A stretch of 63,960 nucleotides of DNA, filler included, from Collodictyon triciliatum (Eukaryota): NCBI GenBank assembly GCA_043381765.1. It is 8 parts of 8 records of this genome, joined end to end, with 100 filler letters (N's around TTAATTAATTAA, not from the genome) between each part and the next. Parts side by side here need not be neighbours in the genome. Positions count along the whole stretch, not along the records: positions 55,132 to 60,258 come from JBHJMP010003223.1; positions 60,359 to 63,960 come from JBHJMP010003269.1; 6 more parts are not named here. One strand, written 5' to 3'. Below the pieces are notes generated by a model that did not search any database, was not told the origin of the DNA, and worked only from the letters and a program-made list of their open reading frames with translations. The translations under genes were made by a program, and so were the position numbers. Below are positions 55,199-63,960 of this stretch, piece by piece (positions within the stretch are counted from its first letter, which is position 1; every line of letters starts with the position of its first letter).

Positions 55199-56784
55199 GA
55201 TTGAATCGGCCCACCGCCTTCCTCCCTGCTTAGTGGGACCGCAAACAACGCACAGGAACCGCACCATTCATTCCAGTACTTCAAGGTCTTTTTGCAGACA
55301 CATAGAGGTTTGACATACAGTAAATTCTGTCCTATTCTACATTTTTCTATCACAAGGATTGATCTTCTTCAATTCAAATGATTATTTCTCTTTTTTATCT
55401 TGCAGGAAATACATATATACTTATTTCAAAAATCAACCCACCACGCCTCTCAAACTAAAAAAATGATATAAATGCGAATTCATTTTCGAATCTAGTATTC
55501 AAAATGAAAGGCCTATAACGTATACACGATATGCATTTTCATTGAGAAAATATTATATACAATCACTAATGACTAATATATCAATATCGACTGTATACCT
55601 CAAAATGATCATTTTTAAGCATACCTTGATATGTCTCCGGTTTGTAGGCAGCACAAATGGTTCGGATCCTAACTGAAGCTTTTAATTACCTATTCTTCTC
55701 GAAATAGTAGTAATATCTTGTACGAATAAATTATGGTTTTTATTTCAGTTTTGTAGAAAGATTAGCCTCTTTATTATAACTCTGATACTTAATGCAATAT
55801 AATTTCACCAATATTTAACATTATACATTTTATATGACTTACATGAACATAATAAATAAGCAAATTAGCTTTTCTGTGTTGATTTTATCTAGATTTGTCT
55901 AATAAAATCACAATCTTGCTGAATCACTGTGTGATTATCGAGTAAACAAGATAAACCATTTCTCTTTTCCTTATCAATACAATTAGTGTTTTTTTTTTAA
56001 CTTCATCCTTTCATCTGTACGTATATAGTTAAATGTATCTAAGATATGAATATCATACTCTTTTCACCTCAAATTGATGAATAATAGGCATATCATTCAA
56101 AATCATCCATACATCGGCACTTTAAGGCTGATAAGTCGAAATGTATTATCTGATCTGATACATATCCTTGAAAAAACATAGATAAGAGCTTTTGCAAGAC
56201 AAAATTTTTTGCATACCTTCATCATTCTAAATTGCCACCCTATATTTTGTGTGCAAGACACTTTTTTTTAGAAAATAGATTTAAATTTCGACACGAACAA
56301 CATGACTTAACAGTAATGGTTGATATGTTACCCATTTATGATTGATGGGTTCACAGAAAAATTTTCAGGCAACTCGTCATATAATTACGGAGTATCCTAA
56401 AAAAAATTTTAACGCAATCTAGTTCTTGGTATCAAAAGAATTCGTCTTCCATGAAACATACACATTATTTTATTTTTACCTTTAAATATGAACATAGTCA
56501 AAGATTCATTATTATATAGCATTTGAAAGTTGAAAAACGAGATTGTAATTAAATGCAGGGTTTTACCTCACTATTATAGGAGCCAAATATATTTATTCGA
56601 GAAATTCTATCTATAATAGCTTATACTGGGTTAATCATAAAAATCAAAAATGAGAGGAAATATGCTGAGTCGATTAATCGTATTGAATCAACCGAAGATG
56701 GTTAAAAAACAGAATAACATATGTGAATAGTATATTATGTGGCTTCTTAATCTGGTGAATTATTCGCATTTAATCAATAGGAAG

Positions 56785-59700
56785 ATGTCCGAGCCATCAC
56801 CAAGCAGACAATCTGACGCCACCAATCAGACAATAATTGAGCCAACTCGAGAACCCACACCAGCCGATGAGAAAATCCGCAGGGGCTTAATTCCAGCCGC
56901 AGTTTATTCTGATGGCGAAGGAAGATGGGCTATCGTCTATGACACCAGAGTGTTGAGAATCTTCATGTCCTCCACATTTCGAGACATGCAAAAAGAAAGA
57001 GACGAGTTCTTTGCAAATGCCGAAAAAAAGTAACATCGTTTTGGTCAATTAAAAAATTCCTTGATTACATGTTTGTATGTTCGGTTTATTGATGAATTAA
57101 AAAATTGTTGCAGACTCAAAGACTTTGCCAAGAAGAAGGGCGTCATCCTTGTTTTCATCGACTTGCGCTGGGGGCTGACCAGTGAAATATCTGAAAACGG
57201 ATTGGTGGGAATAATTCAAGTTCTTGATTTTTTATTTCAATAGTTATAATCAGTTTTAAATTATCTCGATGATATAGGTCGTTATCAGCTGTCTTGAGTC
57301 TATCGAGGAATGTCCATACTTTCTATGCACGCTCGGCTCACGTTACGGCTGGTCACCAAACCATGAAAACCCATCTGAATGGCATCCAGACACGGACTTG
57401 AAGTTTCCATACCTCAAGGAGATTAGGGGTCTCAGTGTGACTGACTACGAGGTTCATTTATACTGTATATCCACTTGTAGTCAAATATTTGTATTTATCA
57501 CAATCAGTCTCTAACATCGATGATATCGAATAGATTGTTCACGGTGCTCTGAAAGAAAATCCTGTTGCCCGACGCGCACTCTTCTATTCCCGAGACGAAG
57601 AACATGCAGTCAACCACGTTGCCGAAACCGATGCAGAGCGTGCATTATATCGCCCAGTCAATGAAAAGGACGTAAGCAGAAAGGACTTTGGACCAAATCA
57701 TTTCATAATTCTTCAATAAATAATTTAGAAAACTCATATAAGCCTTAATTTCAGAGAGAAAACCAGGGTGGATTGAAAGAAAAGATAGGAAGTGTGTTTG
57801 AAGTCAAGCCATACAAGACACCCCAGCAGCTCATCTCGATGATAGTTGACGATTTGATGGAAGCAATCGACAAGGATTTTCCCGACCAAGAGGTTTGTTT
57901 TCAAAGATTTTATTTTAGTATAATCAATATAAAGATAACTTAAAGATATTATAACTTTCTAATTATGATATCAATAACCTTGCAGCATAAACATCCTGAG
58001 GACATGGCACATGAGCAGTTCATGCGACATAGACTGATTGGATTGGAAGGAAGAGACACCATCTTGGCCATTTTGAAGGAGAGAGCGATACTGCAGCTCG
58101 ATATTGAAGGTTCTGATATTACCGTTGTTGGCGCAGAGTCTGGTATTGGGAAATCGACGATTATGAGCGGACTGGTTCGTGACCTGAACGCGGGCAAAAA
58201 TTCGAATTTAATAGTCATCTACCACTTTGTCGGTTGCTCAAACCTGAGTAACTATGTGGAAAAGTAATCATTATTAAATTATACAGTAACGTGGAATATT
58301 TATTAGAGTTATATAATATAGTAATCACCATTCGTTATAGTTTGGTGGAGCGTGTAGCTCGAATTCTTGTTGAAAATGAAGCAATCGAGCTGAAACTTGG
58401 CTCCGAAGAAGGTTTACATATCAAAATGATAATTTATTTTTTTTTGATTTTTTCATTCAACGTGTTACATAAGCACTCATTTTGTTTTATGCCTTGTGGC
58501 AGGGAAGGAATCTTTGGAGAAGGGACTAGACTACATACTCAAGCTTGCATCGAGAAACGAGTCGATTTCAAAAATCTGTTTTAAATTTACATAATATACT
58601 ATCTGACGAGTCATCAATACAGGAAAAAGCATATTGTCTTGGTCATCGATGCATTCAACCAGTTCGTCAATTCAGAGCAAAACAAGCATGTCCACCGCCT
58701 TGACTGGCTTCCCAAAAAGACACCAAAGAACACCTCTATCGTCGCATCAACCATCGACACCCACGAATCATGCGATGTTTGTTGTTTTTTTCGAGGATAT
58801 AATACATTTGGATTGTCCATGCAAACGATGGCTAGCGAACCAAAGCCAACATCTTCACCATCCTGCACAAAATTGAAAGGAAGAATAAAAAAAATAATAC
58901 ATTTGGATTAACCCAATCTCTTTTGAATATGTTGCCAAGTCAGCAGGGTTAGATGTAATTCCTATGTCGAAGCTTGATGATGCCGGAATCAGAAAAGCAG
59001 CCACCTCGTTTTTCAAGCGCTACAACAAGACCTTGAACGAGAAACAGATGGAGATGATACTGAGTGACCGTGATGATACTGGTGATTATAGCTAATAATT
59101 CGAATATTTTTATATTTTGTTTCTAGTATAAATATATTAATGAATGATGGATACGAGGCCAGGTCATCCACTCTACCTGCGCATTGTGCTGGATGAGCTC
59201 CGTGTGTTTGGAGTGTACGAAAGAGTAGACACCGAGCTTCATGAAATGCTGGAGACAAAGGGAGTTGTCAATTTGTTCGACCTTGTGATGAGTCGCTGGG
59301 AAAAGAAATACGGTTTTGTGATACATCTAAAGTGGTTTTTTTTCCGTTCGATTTTATTTAATTGAATGTAACTTTAGGCAAAGATATTGTTCGTCTGTCC
59401 ATCAGTGTCCTTTATGTGTCGCGCATCGGTCTTGATGAAAACGAGCTGGACAAATACATGGAGCATCGACTTCACCAAATTGATATGCAAATCAACCATG
59501 CAACATGGTATATTGATTCCTGTCATATGATTCATACATGTGTTACTTTTGATAAATTGTAATTTTTTATTTTAGGAAATCATTTCTTTTTGTCTTGCTG
59601 GATTCGCTCTTTGTGAGAAACGGGAGGTGATACAGTAATTCATAATTTTTCAATGGTCGTAATTGCTAATCTCGATATCTTATCTTAGATATGCATTCTC

Positions 59701-60258
59701 TCACCAGCTGCTCACACAATCCATCAAAGAGCGATACTTTAAGGATGAAGCATACACAACAAGTGAAGCACGTGAATATGGATTGTGGTTGCTGGGTGAA
59801 TACGGCTCTGACACTGGAGGCAAAAGTGTTGTTGCCGAAATATGCCACAATCTGAGGATTTCAGGCGAATATGATAAATTGGCGGACTTTTTAAAGAATG
59901 AAATGGTTAGATTAGGGATTTTATTTTTATCACTGCGACATGTGTTTTAATATAGTCTTTAGGTTGTTGTGAGCATGCTGAATGGCAACTATCGCTTCGA
60001 ATTTTATGAATGCTGGAGAGCGCTGAATAAGAATGGATATGACTATAAAGTCGTGTATTGTGAGTTAGCCAAGGTGATAAAAATCAATTGCATATATCAA
60101 TAGTGAATTTATTTTAATGGTCATTTACAACAGCAACTGAATCCTGCTGGCTCTGCGTTGGTTGATTACTTTCAAGAAATTCAAGAGAATGCCTTTTTGA
60201 TTCCGATTCTTGAGCACCGCATTTCTGTTGAGACGGATGAGGGTTTGGTCAGTTGATT
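56785..60258 (+). CDS. DUF4062 + NACHT (STAND) protein, TEP1/NPHP3/NWD-like; many short introns; 3'-truncated
   Basis: RIFMSSTFRDMQKERD, IDLRWG, LGSRYGW, SVTDYE, Walker A GAESGIGKST, Walker B LVIDAFNQ, PLYLRIVLDELRVFG. Confidence 0.9.
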
Positions 60259-60928
60259 NNNNNNNNNNNNNNNNNNNNNNNNNNNNNNNNNNNNNNNNNN
60301 NNTTAATTAATTAANNNNNNNNNNNNNNNNNNNNNNNNNNNNNNNNNNNNNNNNNNNNGGGGCAGCGCTAGAGGCGGGGTGGGGGGGAAGCGGTAGTAAC
60401 TCCTTTTTTTTTTTTTTCCTCCCCCCCCCCCCCCCCCCCCCTTCGAAAATATAGTCGGAAAAGCGCTCCACACTTTATCTATCTTCGCATGTCATACATG
60501 CGAGTCATAACAATTGATATTGATACTTTCCTTTTCTACATTCTAGCATCGAATCAAGGAAAGACACTGAGACAAAGCAGGATACCCAACGCTCATCTAA
60601 TCCATTCGAACAGCAATCTCGCGTATTATTACCTGTCATTATGAATAGAATCAAACTATCAAATGTTTGGCTTTTATTTAAGATCTCACAATAGTTACAT
60701 TACTCCTAGTCATTAAATATTTTTACTTACCACATAGGTAGAGACTACTTCGTTTGTAGATTTATTCAGGAAGCAAAGCAAGGAGCCCCCAAAGGACACA
60801 CATACAGATGCCCAGCTCAAAAAAATTGGTATGTTTTCACACTCTGCAGAGGGAGCAAATTTCATCTAATTCAATGCTCTTCTGTTTCTATGAATGAATT
60901 CAAATAGTTTGGTTATTTAAGCATTATA

Positions 60929-61297
60929 ATGTCGGCAGAAATGAAGCCCGACGTATCCGATTCTGATCCCAAGACGTTAATCTACGGTCCATCTTTTGAT
61001 GTTAATCCCGACTTGGATGAGTATAAGCTCGAAAGTGGTAGCGAATCATCAAGCGAGTCATATGAAGAAGTCTCAGCATCAAAGTTCCTCGAATCGTCGA
61101 AATCGCACTCAAAAAGCAAGGAGAAGAAGGACAAAAAGAAGAAAAAGGACAAAAAGGACAAAAAGGACAAAAAGGAGAAAGAGGGGAAAAAGGACAAAAA
61201 GGAGAAAGAGGAGAAAGAGGAGAGGGAGCACAAGAAAGAGAAGCATAAGAGTGAGGAAAGCAAAAAAGAAAAGCACAAGCATAAGCACCACGATTAA
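60929..61297 (+). CDS. Lys/Glu/His-rich low-complexity protein or terminal exon
   Basis: 122-aa ORF with KKD repeats; may be spliced to upstream exons. Confidence 0.6.
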   Translation: MSAEMKPDVSDSDPKTLIYGPSFDVNPDLDEYKLESGSESSSESYEEVSASKFLESSKSHSKSKEKKDKKKKKDKKDKKDKKEKEGKKDKKEKEEKEEREHKKEKHKSEESKKEKHKHKHHD

Positions 61298-61464
61298 GGA
61301 ACAATAAATACCATCCGCATGATATATGTATCCTAGATGCATCTTAGAGCGCATCAAAACTAAGGACATGTACTCATAGTTTTCACATATCTTATTAACA
61401 CAATGCAGAACTCGATCTAAGAACAAATGTGGTATCGCCCATGTTTCTAGTTACTATAAGTATA

Positions 61465-61600
61465 CTAGAAGGGGTATACGAATCTTTCGATTGGTAAACC
61501 TGGTGCGCTAGCATCCAAGGTTTCACCACATTTTTCACAGAGGGTCGTGTAGTGGTGAAGGCTGCCTGGAAAGAGCCAACAGTCTATTTTTATTTTTTAG
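61465..61600 (-). ncRNA. Candidate Fanzor omegaRNA scaffold / element right end
   Basis: Directly 3' of the Fanzor frame: TTCACCAC...GTGGTGAA stem (61522-61559) and AATC-GAAA-GATT tetraloop hairpin (61481-61492). Confidence 0.45.
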
Positions 61601-63487
61601 AGAGAGGTGTATGCATTTTTCGAAGGATTAAAAGAACTTTGTCGAGTACATTATTAGCTCTGTTAAAGTCCCTTGTCAAGAATACACCTTGTTTGCTTTC
61701 TGAGCGATTGCATTCTTTACATGTGAGACATCTATACACCTTTTTTTTTTCCTTTCAGTTTTATATAATCTAGTTCTTTTTCGCAGTTAAAACACATCTC
61801 GAGGTTCTTAATTCATATACACTAACCGTTTCAAAACGTTTGGGTACTACTTTTCGTAATCCTCTTCCGATTGTTGGCATAAAATGTTTCATCTGAGATA
61901 TTCTACTCCAGTCTCCATACGCCAGTACAACATCCTTGCCAAATGTCTTTTCGATTCGGTCCATAAACAATTGTTCACCTCTTTTTGTATTAACATACTG
62001 TCTCCATCTCATCTTTCGAAAAGTTACTTGTTCATAAAATCTGGAAAGTTCTACTGGTATCTTGATTTCATAGATAAATATTCTCGAAATTGTTCATAAT
62101 CGACCGTGCATGAATTATGTTTACTCAGTTCTGTCTCTAAATCGATTAAAGATACTCTTGATGTCTCAAACCGCTGATTCTCTTCAAAAGTCAGGGGACC
62201 AAAAGGAAATAGCACTTTGTAAAACTGTTGCCATGTATATCCCTGAATAATTGTACTTTTTTTTTTCGCGCAAGAGTATTTTGTGATTTTCAAGAGATTT
62301 GCTATCATGTCTTGTTTGGTGTGCCATGTAACGTAATTTCTTACCTGTCTCACCCACCATCTAAACTAAATTAAACTTGCCTGCGTCCACTCCAACTACA
62401 TATTTTTTCACTAATAAAGATAGCTGCTCTTCGGAAAGTTCATCTATATAAACATACTCTTGGTGGTTTTTATTATTATTTTTGGAATTTGAATTTGAAA
62501 TATTCTTTTTTTTTTCAAACAATAATAACACCGCCAAGCTGTCTGTTTGTATCATGTATATAAAATTGTAGTCTCTTTGATGAAAGACTCTCTTCTTCAC
62601 TTCAAATAAATTATCTCATAGTGTCTCTTTGCATCCTGATATATTCTTCAGTAATGATATTTTTTCAGTTGATAATAATATATCTATCAAACATGCGTTA
62701 TTTAAGGTATTATGACACGGTATATTGGTAGTTCTTCTAGAGATTGGTTGAAACAGTTTGGTTCCGATGTCCTCAAAAATGCGATTTATGTAAATCAGAC
62801 TTGGAAAGGTACTTATTTGGATTGACTTTGACGGCATATTCGATATCTTTTACAATATCGCTGGGAATGATATGATGCAAATGCTTTTTAACTCATCTTT
62901 ATATTTCTATGGTATTTCGAGTTTCTTGAAGATGGCTTTTTTTTATAACTTTCGTAACTCTGCCTTTTGAATAGCTTCCGTAACATTCTCATCTTTAGGA
63001 ACTTTGATTTGTAACGCGCAGTAACATTTTTACAAAATACTCCTTAATGATATTACGATATGCTGTTAACATTTGCTTCGCCAACTGCGGTAATACACGA
63101 GACAGTCCAACCAACAGAAAGCGCTCTTCTCGGGACAAAACGAATCGAAAATCATAAAGATAAAAAATCTTCACGTCTTTACTCATTTCTAGTTTTTTTT
63201 TCTTTTAATCTTACGGGTCTATCTTGTGAAACTATTCCGGCTGTCTTTAAAGTGAACAAAAAAAAAAACTTTTCATCGATTATTGGGAGTTGTCATGATT
63301 TCAATATGCGACATCTTGCAAACAGATAAGTGTCGGTAACCAAATTATGATACAATAAAACCGTATCGTTGATTTTGTCATAGTTATCCGCATTCTTTAC
63401 AGTCAACTTTAGAGATGTTTTCACATTTCGATGGTCTGGTTTTACACACTTTAGATTCTCAAACTCAAGATGTTTTCTTTTCTTCAT
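61590..63487 (-). pseudogene. Fanzor1-like (TnpB-derived RuvC nuclease) pseudogene
   Basis: Collinear fragments: IQTDSLAV, VVGVDAGK (RuvC-I), LAYGDWS..MP..G, VYELRTS (rearranged RuvC-II Glu), CFNC...CKEC zinc finger, RDFNRANN (RuvC-III); multiple stops and frameshifts. Confidence 0.88.
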
Positions 63488-63864
63488 CTGAAAGTCTTTG
63501 TTTTACTTTTTTCTTTAGAAAACTACCGATTTTTCAATTTTAATAAAACTTTGGTCAATTAGTGAATTGGTCGATTTAATAATGACAACTGTATAAAATC
63601 AATTTATATAAAATTAAGCATCTCCCGAGACTCTCAAGATATCTCAGTGTGATCGCCACCTTTATTCGCAACGCGTTGTATAGAAATAGATCAATCTAGG
63701 AAATTTTGTATCACGCGGACGCAGATACAAGCTAAGCCGAGATTTATTTCAAGTAATATATATTCAAACATGACCTCGCCGTCTGAAGCTACACTATTTA
63801 TTTTTTCTCTCACTTCGCGTGGTTACTCAGTTTCCTTAAAAAATAATAATAAATATTATCTGTC

Positions 63865-63960
63865 CCCTTTGGTTTTGCACAAAAACCACGTTTCCCTTTG
63901 GTTTTGCACAAAAACCACGTTTCCCTTTGGTTTTGCACAAAAACCACGTTTCCCTTTGGT
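63865..63960. repeat. 29-bp tandem minisatellite with internal palindrome (>=3.3 copies, runs off window)
   Basis: CCCTTTGGTTTTGCACAAAAACCACGTTT repeated head-to-tail without spacers. Confidence 0.95.

Noticed and set aside
63865-63960. CRISPR array next to a Cas12-related nuclease
   Set aside because: Repeats are contiguous with no spacers.

Overview
The window is eight unrelated assembly pieces joined by artificial N-TTAATTAATTAA-N linkers, so adjacency across linkers has no biological meaning. Pieces 1 (1-8961) and 5 (42200-51135) are related but divergent AT-rich, intronless, gene-dense Polinton-like/virophage-like virus fragments. Both encode an rve DDE integrase, an SF3 helicase, an A32-like packaging ATPase and a shared ~165-aa unknown protein tail-to-tail with the integrase. 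The helicase carries a TVpol (PolA-like) domain in one element and an AEP Prim-Pol domain in the other; piece 5 also has a penton-like and a fiber-like gene. Both show AT-rich hairpins after stop codons and a C at -12 before several ATGs, suggesting (inference) transcription by a giant-virus helper. The other pieces are eukaryotic, protist-like DNA: a polytopic membrane protein, a TEA-domain factor, a serpin, an M19 dipeptidase, a pentapeptide-WD40-Sel1-like protein, a large signal-peptide WD40/Cys-rich membrane protein with hypervariable repeats, a DUF4062-NACHT gene, and a decayed Fanzor1-like pseudogene with a candidate omegaRNA. All calls come from reading motifs by eye; no searches were run.
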